Below, piece after piece: positions 25,574 through 34,639 of a stretch of 64,000 nucleotides of DNA (positions are counted from its first letter, which is position 1; each line of letters opens with the position of its first letter). The DNA is from an uncultured Bacilli bacterium (lineage in GTDB: Bacteria; Bacillota_I; Bacilli_A; RFN20; CAG-826), in NCBI GenBank assembly GCA_905236715.1, contig CAJOMQ010000001.1, forward strand, positions 7,211 through 71,210, given 5' to 3'. Below the pieces are notes generated by a model that did no database searches, was not told the origin of the DNA, and worked only from the letters and a program-made list of their open reading frames with translations. The position numbers and the translations under genes are program-made.

Positions 25574-26824
25574 ATGCGTAATGTTGATTTATTAATTATC
25601 GGTGGTGGTTCCGCGGGTATGGCGGCCGCCATTAAAGCAAGACAAGAAGGTGTTCAAGACATCTTAATCGTGGAAAAAGATGATAATTTAGGTGGCATTT
25701 TAAATCAATGCATCCATAATGGTTTTGGTTTAACCGAATTTAAAGAAGAATTGTCCGGTCCTGAATATTTAGCTCGCTTTGTCGAACAAGTAGAACAATT
25801 ACAAATTCCCTACGAACTCAATACGATGGTCATCGATATGACTCCTGATAAAATTGTTACTATAAGTAACAAAAAAGATGGTGTTTCCCAAATTAAAGCC
25901 AAAGCTATCGTGATGGCCACGGGCTGCTATGAAAGAGGAGCGGGTGCCATTCAAATTCCTGGTGATAGATGTGCGGGAATTATCACTGCCGGTACTGCCC
26001 AAAAATATTTAAATATCCATGGCTATATGGTTGGTAAACGCATTGTCATCCTCGGTAGTGGTGATATCGGTTTAATTATGGCGAGACGTCTCACGTTAGA
26101 AGGGGCGAAAGTCATCTGCGTGAGTGAAATTATGCCTTATAGCAATGGATTAAATCGAAATATTGCTCAATGCTTAAATGATTATGATATTCCTTTATAT
26201 CTTTCGCGTAGTGTTAGTAAAGTCGAAGCTAAAGATGGACGCTTATATCGCGTCACTCTTTCTGCGGTTGATGAAAAAATGCAGTTTATTCCCGGAACAG
26301 AAATGGTCATAGATTGTGATACTTTAATCTTATCCGTAGGATTAATTCCATATATATCCTTATTAAATAATATTAATTGTCCTTTATCTTCCACCAAAGG
26401 TGCGAAAGTGAACGAATATATGGAAACAATGATTGATGGCATCTTTACTTGTGGTAATTGTCTCCACGTACATGATGTCGTGGATTTTGTCACCGATGAA
26501 GGCCGCTTGGCGGGTCATGGTGCCGCCCTCTATTTAAAAGGCGAATTACCGAGTGGTGACATTATAAATGTCAAACCCGGTGATGGCATCGGTTATGTAG
26601 TCCCACAAAATATCGATCAAAACATGAATGAAGATGTCACTTTGAAATTCCGTGTTCGTAAGCCGGTCAAAGACCAATGGCTCATTATTGAATCGAATAA
26701 TCAAATCATCCAAAAGATATTTAAACCAGTTCTAATTCCTAGTGAAATGGTGATGGTGAAATTATCTAATGATAAATTAAAACAAACACAAGGGGAATTA
26801 ACCTTGCGATTGGAGGCCCGTTAA
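25574..26824 (+). CDS. NAD(P)/FAD-dependent oxidoreductase (pyridine nucleotide-disulfide oxidoreductase-like)
   Basis: GGGSAGMAAA and a second GSGDIGL Rossmann motif. It is the second member of the 3-gene cluster. Confidence 0.8.
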   Translation: MRNVDLLIIGGGSAGMAAAIKARQEGVQDILIVEKDDNLGGILNQCIHNGFGLTEFKEELSGPEYLARFVEQVEQLQIPYELNTMVIDMTPDKIVTISNKKDGVSQIKAKAIVMATGCYERGAGAIQIPGDRCAGIITAGTAQKYLNIHGYMVGKRIVILGSGDIGLIMARRLTLEGAKVICVSEIMPYSNGLNRNIAQCLNDYDIPLYLSRSVSKVEAKDGRLYRVTLSAVDEKMQFIPGTEMVIDCDTLILSVGLIPYISLLNNINCPLSSTKGAKVNEYMETMIDGIFTCGNCLHVHDVVDFVTDEGRLAGHGAALYLKGELPSGDIINVKPGDGIGYVVPQNIDQNMNEDVTLKFRVRKPVKDQWLIIESNNQIIQKIFKPVLIPSEMVMVKLSNDKLKQTQGELTLRLEAR

Positions 26825-26825
26825 T

Positions 26826-27167
26826 ATGAAAGAATTTACTTGTATTGTCTGCCCACGCGGATGTCATTTAACTATCGATGATAATATGAATGTAACGGGT
26901 AATTCTTGTCCCCGTGGTAAAGAATATGCGATTAGTGAAATCACTAATCCCGTGAGAACCATAACTTCTTCTATCCGAGTCACCAATCGCGAAGATTTAT
27001 TAGTGTCCGTGAAAACTAGTGGACCCATCCCCAAAGGAAAAATCTTTGATGTGATGGAAGAAATTAATAAATTAGGGGTCTCCGCTCCATGTCAAATAGG
27101 ACAAATTGTCAAAAAAGACGTCCTTGGCTTAGGTGTGGATATCATTATTACCAAAAATATTAAATAA
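26826..27167 (+). CDS. DUF1667-domain protein
   Basis: 113 aa with CIVCPRGC...CPRGKEY, the typical third gene of this cluster in anaerobes. Confidence 0.75.
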   Translation: MKEFTCIVCPRGCHLTIDDNMNVTGNSCPRGKEYAISEITNPVRTITSSIRVTNREDLLVSVKTSGPIPKGKIFDVMEEINKLGVSAPCQIGQIVKKDVLGLGVDIIITKNIK

Positions 27168-27268
27168 TTATCTTTTTATTGCGAATTTTCTATCTTAAAG
27201 TTTGCTAATTGCGAAAATTTGATTATAATAAAGTCAAGATATTTGACATAGTCAATGTTGGGGGTTTT

Positions 27269-28957
27269 ATGGCAGATAAAGTCAAAATTTGTGCTTTAGG
27301 TGGTTTAGACGAGAAAGGAAGAGATTGCTATATCGTCGAAATTAATGATGATATTTTTGTTTTGGACTGCGGCATTTCTTTCCCTGATAAATCCTTACCA
27401 GGTGTTGATTGCCTGATCCCTAACCCCGAATATCTCGTCCAAAATAAGCATCGTGTCAAAGCTTATTTAATCACCCACGGGCATGATGAATCGATGTCCG
27501 CGGTGAAATATTTTGTCAGTCAAGTACCCGCGCCTATATATTGTTCTAGATTCACAAGAATCTGCATGGAAGGGCAAGCCAAGATGCACCATAACAAGAC
27601 AAAAATGAACTTCGTAGAGGTTAAACCATCCGATAAAATTATCATCGCTGGACACGAAGTGCGTTTCTTCCAAGTGCCTCATAATGTGGGTGAATCTAGT
27701 GGTGTCGCTTTATGGACTGATCGTGGTTGGATTATTTATACTTCCGACTTTATTGTCGATTTTTCCGTTAATGAACCAATCTACTATTTAGATTTAAAAA
27801 CATTAGAAGATATTGCCACCAAAGACACCCTTGTCATGTTAGCGGAATCTAAAGCGGTCAACCGCAGTGGTTATTGTTCGCCAAAACATAAAACCAAAGG
27901 CATTATTGAGAAATATTTTCGTGACGAAGATAAAAGAATTTTTATCGATTCCTTCTGGCAAAATGGCTACCGTATTTACGAAATATTAAAACTTTGTCGT
28001 ACTTATAATAAAAAACTCTATCCCTATGATTGCTATACAAGAATGATTCTCAAAGAATACGAAAAAGCGCAAGCAGATTTATTTAATAATTTAGAAATCG
28101 TTACTCCCACAGATTTATTACGTGTTAGAAATCAAGATTTAGTCATTCTATTGCTTGGCCAAGGTGATGAATTATATGAAGAATTACAAGATTTATCACG
28201 TGGCGATAACGAAGATAAACGTATTGTTTTAGGAAAAGATGACATCTTTATTAATGTCGCTCTTCCTTTACAAACACAAGAGACTTTATCAACACGCGCT
28301 GTCGATGCTTTATATCGTACCGGATGTGAAGTAGTGTGGGTTAGCGGCAAAGATGTCACCTCCATGCACGCACAAAAAGATGATTTAAAATTCATGCTCT
28401 CCTTATTAAGACCAAAATATTATTGGCCAGTCCGTGGTAATTTCGTCAATATGATGATTAATGCCCGTTTAGCCTTAAATATGGAAATTGGTTTAAATCA
28501 CACCAACGTGTTTGTGATGGATAATGGCATGCAATTAGTGTTTGAAGGTAATACTAGACCCAATATTATTCCAAACGAAGTCAATGGCATTAATATTGCC
28601 CCCGTTTTAGTGGATGGTGATGGCTTTACCCATGGCGATAATAACGCGGTTGATGAAAGGGTGCAAATGAGTGAAGATGGTGTCGTAGTCATTGCGTCCA
28701 CTGTGTCTCTTAATGCTAAAAGCATTATTGCGGGACCAGATTGTCAGATGCGTGGCTTTGTTTATGTGAAAGAAGCCGAACCTTTGTTAAAATCAATTTC
28801 TAACATCTATGTCGATGAAATTAATACCCATTTACAATTACCCAATTTTGATGTTGATGCCGTAGTGGCCGCGGTGAAAGATCGGGCTCATAAATTCATC
28901 AAAAGAGAAAATGGGCGTGAGCCATATATCTTACCGATTATCCAAATCGTTGAATAA
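27269..28957 (+). CDS. rnj: Ribonuclease J family protein with a degenerate metal-binding motif 2
   Basis: Beta-CASP/metallo-beta-lactamase architecture (VLDCGISFPD, PHNVGES, TSDFIVD). The ATG at 27269 follows a GGGGG SD. The TTG at 27209 was rejected because a TATAAT lies inside that extension. The expected HGHEDH position reads HGHDES. Confidence 0.85.
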   Translation: MADKVKICALGGLDEKGRDCYIVEINDDIFVLDCGISFPDKSLPGVDCLIPNPEYLVQNKHRVKAYLITHGHDESMSAVKYFVSQVPAPIYCSRFTRICMEGQAKMHHNKTKMNFVEVKPSDKIIIAGHEVRFFQVPHNVGESSGVALWTDRGWIIYTSDFIVDFSVNEPIYYLDLKTLEDIATKDTLVMLAESKAVNRSGYCSPKHKTKGIIEKYFRDEDKRIFIDSFWQNGYRIYEILKLCRTYNKKLYPYDCYTRMILKEYEKAQADLFNNLEIVTPTDLLRVRNQDLVILLLGQGDELYEELQDLSRGDNEDKRIVLGKDDIFINVALPLQTQETLSTRAVDALYRTGCEVVWVSGKDVTSMHAQKDDLKFMLSLLRPKYYWPVRGNFVNMMINARLALNMEIGLNHTNVFVMDNGMQLVFEGNTRPNIIPNEVNGINIAPVLVDGDGFTHGDNNAVDERVQMSEDGVVVIASTVSLNAKSIIAGPDCQMRGFVYVKEAEPLLKSISNIYVDEINTHLQLPNFDVDAVVAAVKDRAHKFIKRENGREPYILPIIQIVE

Positions 28958-28980
28958 AGCACTTAAAGGTGCTTTTTTTC
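28957..28980 (+). terminator. Intrinsic terminator after rnj
   Basis: aagcac-ttaaag-gtgctt followed by TTTTT. Confidence 0.7.
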
Positions 28981-29028
28981 TTGATTTTTATTAGACTTAT
29001 TTTCGTATACGCGTATATAATATTTAAT

Positions 29029-31677
29029 ATGAGCGAAAAGAAACCCGTCAAACAAATAAATAAGAAAACTGTGGCCTTTTTCATCGGTGTCGCGATCTGT
29101 TTATTATCCGTTATTCTTATCATGAATGTCGGAGCACCCGCCAGAGCGATTGCCTTTCCATTCTTTTATTTATTTGGGGTAGTTAGTTATATATTTTATT
29201 TATTCTTTTACGCGGTTGGACTTTCATATTTATTCCGTAATAAAGGGATAAAAATTGGCTTTAACGGCAAATTATTTGGTGGCATTTTCATTTTTATTAG
29301 TTTTTGTATGATGGCCACCTTAATTCAATGCAAGGGAAATTTACCTGGTAAGGATTTTGCCCAAACATTAAAAAATCTCGTATTTGGCACGGCTGAACAA
29401 TCTAATTTTGTCGCTGATTATGGCGGCTATTGGAAAGCCAGCTTCATCAATATGTTTGGTTCATATCCTTTCGGTGGTGGTTTATTGGGTTATATGCTTA
29501 TCGGTATTCTTCCAGCTTCTGTACAAAAAGGATTAGGCTGGACTATTACCATTATTCTTTTACTTGGTGGATTAACACTAATTTTCCTAAAGAAAATTTT
29601 ATCTCTTGTGAATAAAAAGAAACAAAAGAAAGCCACAAAAGAAGAAGAAAGACAAATTTATGTGGAAGAAACTTCCATTCGTTCTAACGAAAAAGAAAAT
29701 ATCCGTAACGCTTCGCAAATTGATGATGGATATACTGGTGAAGTAAGACCTTTATATGCCACACCTTCGACACCCGTCGATTATAATCAAAGAAATAATG
29801 TAGCTCCATCCAGTCCTTATTCATCTTCTTCCTATGCTGGAGATGGTTCTTTTACTCCTGCGCGTTTTATTAGACAAAATAGTGGAATGAATGAAAATAT
29901 TGTGCCTCCACAAAATAATAATCCCATTATTCCTCCTGTTATGATGACCGGAGAAGAAGCCCTTATCCAAGATAATAAACAAAATAGTAAAAACGAACAA
30001 TTAACTCTCGATTTTGAAGCAGAACCTCAATTCGATGAAAAATTATTACAAGCGCAACCCGAATTTGCTCCGATTGAATCTGCGCCTAAGAATAATGTAG
30101 AAGTCACACCTGTGGCTCCAGTTGTTAGCGCTCCTATCCCGCAACCAGCGCCCGCTCCGGCTCCCGCTCCCGTGGTGAAACCAAAAATCAAATGGATTCC
30201 ACCAAGTACCGCGTTATTAGAAGATTTACAAACGGAAGAAGCTTCGGAAAAGAATAATGCGGTCGCGGAAGAAAGAAGAGCGATGATAAATCATAGCTTT
30301 GAATCTTATGGCATTGGTGCATATTGTGTTGATCATATCGTCGGTCCGAGTGTCACTAATTTCCGTATTCAATATGAAAATAATGAGAAATCGAAAAATG
30401 TTTTTAATTTAATTGATGATATTTCTCGTAATTTAGGTGGTATTCCCGCGCGTTTCCAAAAAGTCATTAGAAATACCCAATATTCCGGCATTGAAGTTAG
30501 TAACGCAGTTATTACTCCCGTCGCTTTTAAGGAAGTCTTTAATGCTTTACCAGACCCCAAAAAGAAACCTTTAGCCGTCGCTTTTGGTAAAAATATTGAT
30601 GGCACGATTTGTTGGGCGGATATTGCCGAATTCCCCCATGCTTTAGTCTCTGGTACCACTGGTTCTGGTAAATCAGTCTTTATTCAATCCATTATTTGTA
30701 CTTTAATTATGCGTAATTCACCAGATGATTTACGTTTAGTTTTAGTGGACCCCAAACAAGTTGAAATGGCCTCATACCGCGATATTCCGCATCTATTATG
30801 CCCAGTTATCTCCGATATGAAAAAAGCCAAAGTCATGATTGATAAATTAGTGCAAGAAATGAATGACCGTTATTCATTATTTGAAGAAAATTTATGTCGT
30901 TCGATTACTGAATATAACGAATTAGCGGAAGAAGAAGGAAAACAAAAATTACCATATATTGTCATGTTTATCGATGAATACGCTGATTTAATTCAAACAT
31001 ATAAAGAAGTAGCTACCCCAGTAGTGCAAATAGCCCAAAAAGCCCGTGCTTGTGGCATTCATATGTTTATTGCTACCCAACGTCCATCCACCGATGTTAT
31101 CAGTGGTGTTATTAAAGGTAATTTACCAACCCGTGTGGCCTTAAAAGTGGGTTCTTATACCGATTCTGTCACCATTATTAATGAAGGTGGGGCGGAAAAA
31201 TTATTAGGAAAAGGTGATATGCTGGTTCTTTCTGCCGTTGTGGATACCGAACCTCATCGTGTACAATCCTGCTTTATTCAAAATAAAGAAATCCGTCATA
31301 TTATTGGCTATTTAAAAGAACATTATGAAGTCGATTATGATCCCAAATTCTTGAATCTAGAAGAAGAAGCTAAAGAAGCTGGCCAAGAATTAGTTAATGG
31401 TCCCGCTTTTGCCTATAATAGTGAAGATGATGAAGAAGCTAAATATAAATCCGTGAAAGAATGGGTCATGTCATATAAATATATGTCAATGAGCAAAATC
31501 CAAAGAGAATGCTCCATTGGTTTTAACCGCGCTGGTCGTTTCTTCAAACGTTTACAACAAGAAGGTATTATCGGTACCGAAAATGATGGTAATAAAGGCT
31601 GTCCGGTTTTAACTAATGATGCTTTTTATGAAAATGATGATAATATCGTCACTAGTGACGAACAATCGATAAAATAA
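29029..31677 (+). CDS. ftsK: DNA translocase FtsK/SpoIIIE
   Basis: N-terminal TM helices, a Pro/Gln-rich linker (PIPQPAPAPAPAPVVKP), the motor domain with Walker A GTTGSGKS, and a C-terminal gamma wHTH (MSMSKIQRECSIGFNRAGRFFKRLQQEGIIG). The start was chosen at the ATG at 29029, downstream of the rnj terminator. Confidence 0.92.
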   Translation: MSEKKPVKQINKKTVAFFIGVAICLLSVILIMNVGAPARAIAFPFFYLFGVVSYIFYLFFYAVGLSYLFRNKGIKIGFNGKLFGGIFIFISFCMMATLIQCKGNLPGKDFAQTLKNLVFGTAEQSNFVADYGGYWKASFINMFGSYPFGGGLLGYMLIGILPASVQKGLGWTITIILLLGGLTLIFLKKILSLVNKKKQKKATKEEERQIYVEETSIRSNEKENIRNASQIDDGYTGEVRPLYATPSTPVDYNQRNNVAPSSPYSSSSYAGDGSFTPARFIRQNSGMNENIVPPQNNNPIIPPVMMTGEEALIQDNKQNSKNEQLTLDFEAEPQFDEKLLQAQPEFAPIESAPKNNVEVTPVAPVVSAPIPQPAPAPAPAPVVKPKIKWIPPSTALLEDLQTEEASEKNNAVAEERRAMINHSFESYGIGAYCVDHIVGPSVTNFRIQYENNEKSKNVFNLIDDISRNLGGIPARFQKVIRNTQYSGIEVSNAVITPVAFKEVFNALPDPKKKPLAVAFGKNIDGTICWADIAEFPHALVSGTTGSGKSVFIQSIICTLIMRNSPDDLRLVLVDPKQVEMASYRDIPHLLCPVISDMKKAKVMIDKLVQEMNDRYSLFEENLCRSITEYNELAEEEGKQKLPYIVMFIDEYADLIQTYKEVATPVVQIAQKARACGIHMFIATQRPSTDVISGVIKGNLPTRVALKVGSYTDSVTIINEGGAEKLLGKGDMLVLSAVVDTEPHRVQSCFIQNKEIRHIIGYLKEHYEVDYDPKFLNLEEEAKEAGQELVNGPAFAYNSEDDEEAKYKSVKEWVMSYKYMSMSKIQRECSIGFNRAGRFFKRLQQEGIIGTENDGNKGCPVLTNDAFYENDDNIVTSDEQSIK

Positions 31678-31679
31678 TT

Positions 31680-33548
31680 ATGCAAATTGATTATTCTCCC
31701 TATTTAAAAGATGATTTAGGGGCTAATTTCCATCCTACTTATACGGAATTTGTCTTATGGGCTCCTGCTTCTACAAGAGTCGTTTTAAATCTAGAACAAG
31801 AAGATGGCTCTTTTAAATCTTTTATCTGCCAAAAAGAAGATAATGGGGTTTATCGTATCAAAATAGATGGTAATTATTTAAATAAAAAATATAATTACAC
31901 AGTCACTAATGATGGAGAGGAAATAACCACCAATGACCCATGGGGTAAAGGTACTTCCCTCAATAGTGTTTATTCGGCGGTCGTGGATATTGAACAAATC
32001 AAAAATATGGGCAATATCAAGCCCACATATGAGATGAAATCGCCTCTTGACGCGATAATATATGAATTACATATTCGTGATTTTACCGAAGATAAACATA
32101 ACGATATATCCGATAGACGTCATTATTTAGGTTTAGTGGAACCACATCGAAAAACTTTTGCGGGTCATCCTGCGGGCTTAGATTATCTAAAATTTTTAGG
32201 TATAACTCATGTCCAATTGTTGCCAGTATTAGATTTTTATGGACCGGATGACATCAATCCATTAAGAGGATATAACTGGGGTTATAATCCGATATCTTTC
32301 TTTGCGTTAGAAGGAAGTTTTTCTAAATCACCAGAAATTCCCCAATCCCGTTTAATTGAATTTAAACAAATGGTTAATGAATTACATAAGAATAATATTA
32401 GAGTGATTTTAGATGTTGTTTATAATCACGTTTATGAATATAAAAACACTTCTTGGCAGAAATTAGTGCCTGATTATTTCTTCCGTTTCTTACCAAACGG
32501 GAAAATTAGCGAATCCAGTGGTTGTGGTAATGATTTTGCCAGTGAAAAACCAATGGCCAGAAAAATGATTATCGATTCGATTAAATATTTGGTTGATGTT
32601 TTTGATGTTGACGGCTTCCGTTTTGACCTCATGGGCATCATTGACTATGAAACGATTAATTTAGCCCTAGAAGAGGCCAAAAAGATTAAAAAAGATATTA
32701 TGTTTTATGGCGAAGGATGGAATATGCCGACCTATTTAGCAGAAAAATATCGCGCTTCCACGGATAATGCGAATAAAATGCCGGAAGTTGGCTTTTTTAA
32801 TGATACCTTCCGCGATGTGATTAAAGGTTCGACATTTGATTTAGCTGATAAAGGTTTTATATCAGGAAATTTAGATAATTTAGCGGCGGTGGAATATGTC
32901 ATGAAAGGTAGTGTGATAAATTCCCCTTATCATCATCGTTTTGATGCCGCGCATCAATCCATCAATTATGTTGAATGTCACGATAACCACACCTTATTTG
33001 ATAAATTAGTGGTGGCCAATCACGATGAAAGTGATGATATGATTCTCCAAAGAATCAAATTCGCCAATTACGCGACGATGTTTTCTTTTGGTATACCTTT
33101 CTTTCATATGGGACAAGAAATTGGCCAATCAAAATTTGGTTTAGGTAATTCATATAATGTGATACGCGTGAATAATATGTCTTGGAAATTATTAGACGAA
33201 AGATATGATATGGCGTGTCAATTTCATCTGATTGCCACTTTAAGAAAAGAATTTGCCTTTTTCTTAAAATATGATGAACCCAGTGATATCGCAAATACAT
33301 TTAAATTTAAAAGATGGGGGAATGATATTTTATGCGCTTATGCGATTGATAAACCGCAAATAGCCCCATATAAAAAAGTGATTATTTTATATAATCCGAC
33401 GAATGAAAATAAACAATTCGAATTAGATGGATATTATGCTTATATGAGCATTATGAATAATGACCGCACCCCTAATTATATTAAAAACGGTATTATTCCC
33501 GCGGCTTGTGCGCAAATATTGTATCAAATGGAGAATGATAAGATATGA
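31680..33548 (+). CDS. pulA: Type I pullulanase / debranching enzyme (GH13), no signal peptide
   Basis: GH13 regions DVVYNHV, GFRFDLMG, YGEGW and YVECHDN, with an N-terminal CBM48-like YTEFVLWAP. Confidence 0.85.
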   Translation: MQIDYSPYLKDDLGANFHPTYTEFVLWAPASTRVVLNLEQEDGSFKSFICQKEDNGVYRIKIDGNYLNKKYNYTVTNDGEEITTNDPWGKGTSLNSVYSAVVDIEQIKNMGNIKPTYEMKSPLDAIIYELHIRDFTEDKHNDISDRRHYLGLVEPHRKTFAGHPAGLDYLKFLGITHVQLLPVLDFYGPDDINPLRGYNWGYNPISFFALEGSFSKSPEIPQSRLIEFKQMVNELHKNNIRVILDVVYNHVYEYKNTSWQKLVPDYFFRFLPNGKISESSGCGNDFASEKPMARKMIIDSIKYLVDVFDVDGFRFDLMGIIDYETINLALEEAKKIKKDIMFYGEGWNMPTYLAEKYRASTDNANKMPEVGFFNDTFRDVIKGSTFDLADKGFISGNLDNLAAVEYVMKGSVINSPYHHRFDAAHQSINYVECHDNHTLFDKLVVANHDESDDMILQRIKFANYATMFSFGIPFFHMGQEIGQSKFGLGNSYNVIRVNNMSWKLLDERYDMACQFHLIATLRKEFAFFLKYDEPSDIANTFKFKRWGNDILCAYAIDKPQIAPYKKVIILYNPTNENKQFELDGYYAYMSIMNNDRTPNYIKNGIIPAACAQILYQMENDKI

Positions 33549-33808
33549 TTTCTGATATCGTTTTAACAGGTGTTTTAAAAGAAGTATTTGATGATAAATT
33601 TCGTTATGTCGAAACGCATAATAACGATGTTTTTCATCCCACGGAAAATATTGTTTCGAAAATTCCTGTTTTATATTGGACAAGAGATAAAGATAATCCC
33701 TTTATTAAAGCAGCGGAAAATACATTTGTGATTATTCGTGGCCATTTAGAAAGTGATGGAAAGCATGGTTTATACGTTTTAGTGGAAACCGTGCAATTTG
33801 GTAAATAG
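33545..33808 (+). CDS. Small (87 aa) hypothetical protein, possibly an SSB-like OB fold without an acidic tail
   Basis: The pattern V-L-T-G-V-L ... IPVLYWT-x-x-x-x-N-x-x-I-x-x-x-E-N-x-F-V-I-I-R-G-H-L-E ... LYVLVETVQF resembles an SSB OB-fold core. It overlaps the pulA stop by 4 nt. This is a weak call. Confidence 0.3.
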   Translation: MISDIVLTGVLKEVFDDKFRYVETHNNDVFHPTENIVSKIPVLYWTRDKDNPFIKAAENTFVIIRGHLESDGKHGLYVLVETVQFGK

Positions 33809-33810
33809 AT

Positions 33811-34551
33811 ATGTCCCATCTCAGTCGTGGTATTTTCAAAACATTACCAATAGCGATATGGGATTATTTTGCTTGGATGATTAAATATTCCAGTAAAAAG
33901 AGACAAAAATACGCGATTGATAAAAGATATCGTCGTTTACAAAAATTAATTAAAAAAGTATCTGATAATTTTGAAATAACTTATCACATTGAAGGAAAAG
34001 AAAATCTTCCCGACGGCCCTTTGGCCTTTTTCCCTAACCATAGTGCGGGTTTTGATCCGATTGCTTTTATTTATAATTTAGATAAACCCACCGCATTCGT
34101 GGCTAAAAAAGAAATCAAAAAATGGCCAGCGGTAAACCGTTGTGTCAAAGTCATCGACGGTGAATTTATGGACCGAGACGATTTAAAACAATCTTTAAAA
34201 GTCATGATGCGTGTGGAAAAATCATTAAAACAAGGCAATATGAATTGGATTATTTTCCCGGAAGGCACGAGAAATAAAGACCCTCTTACTAATCTTCGAG
34301 ATTTCCATCATGGTTCTTTCCGCCCAGCAGTGAAAGCAGGAGTGCCAATTGTGCCTGTTGCGATTTATGGTACATATCGTATTTTAAGCAACAAATATAA
34401 AAAATATCCTGTTTATATCAAATTTTTAAAGCCTTTAATGCCTGAAGATTATCAAAATATGTCCACACAAGAAATCGCTCAATACGCTCATGATGAAGTG
34501 CAAAAAGCTCTTTCTTTTGATTTATTGATTAAAGATCATAAATTTCATTAA
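33811..34551 (+). CDS. plsC: 1-acyl-sn-glycerol-3-phosphate acyltransferase
   Basis: HX4D motif (NHSAGFD), FPEGTR, and an N-terminal hydrophobic segment. Confidence 0.88.
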   Translation: MSHLSRGIFKTLPIAIWDYFAWMIKYSSKKRQKYAIDKRYRRLQKLIKKVSDNFEITYHIEGKENLPDGPLAFFPNHSAGFDPIAFIYNLDKPTAFVAKKEIKKWPAVNRCVKVIDGEFMDRDDLKQSLKVMMRVEKSLKQGNMNWIIFPEGTRNKDPLTNLRDFHHGSFRPAVKAGVPIVPVAIYGTYRILSNKYKKYPVYIKFLKPLMPEDYQNMSTQEIAQYAHDEVQKALSFDLLIKDHKFH

Positions 34552-34581
34552 TCATAAATATTTGAATATTTAATCCCATAA

Positions 34582-34616
34582 TAAAAGACTAGGAATTTTA
34601 GTTCCTAGTCTTATTT
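34582..34616. terminator. Bidirectional intrinsic terminator (plsC + / lipoprotein gene -)
   Basis: 10-bp stem agactaggaa/ttcctagtct with a 6-nt loop, flanked by A-rich sequence on one side and T-rich on the other. Confidence 0.8.
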
Positions 34617-34639
34617 GTGTTGCTTGCGAAATTTGGAAA

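Noticed and set aside
27209-27268. N-terminal extensions offered by the ORF track: rnj from the TTG at 27209, ftsK from the GTG at 28969, greA from 47954, comEA from 48605, fmt from 55018, the Fic-like gene from 60303, the lipoprotein from 37522, hemW from 62205, and the wHTH ORF from 2500.
   Set aside because: In each case an internal ATG is preceded by a good SD or promoter, gives the family-typical N-terminus, and avoids running through a terminator, a promoter or a divergent gene. The shorter starts were used.
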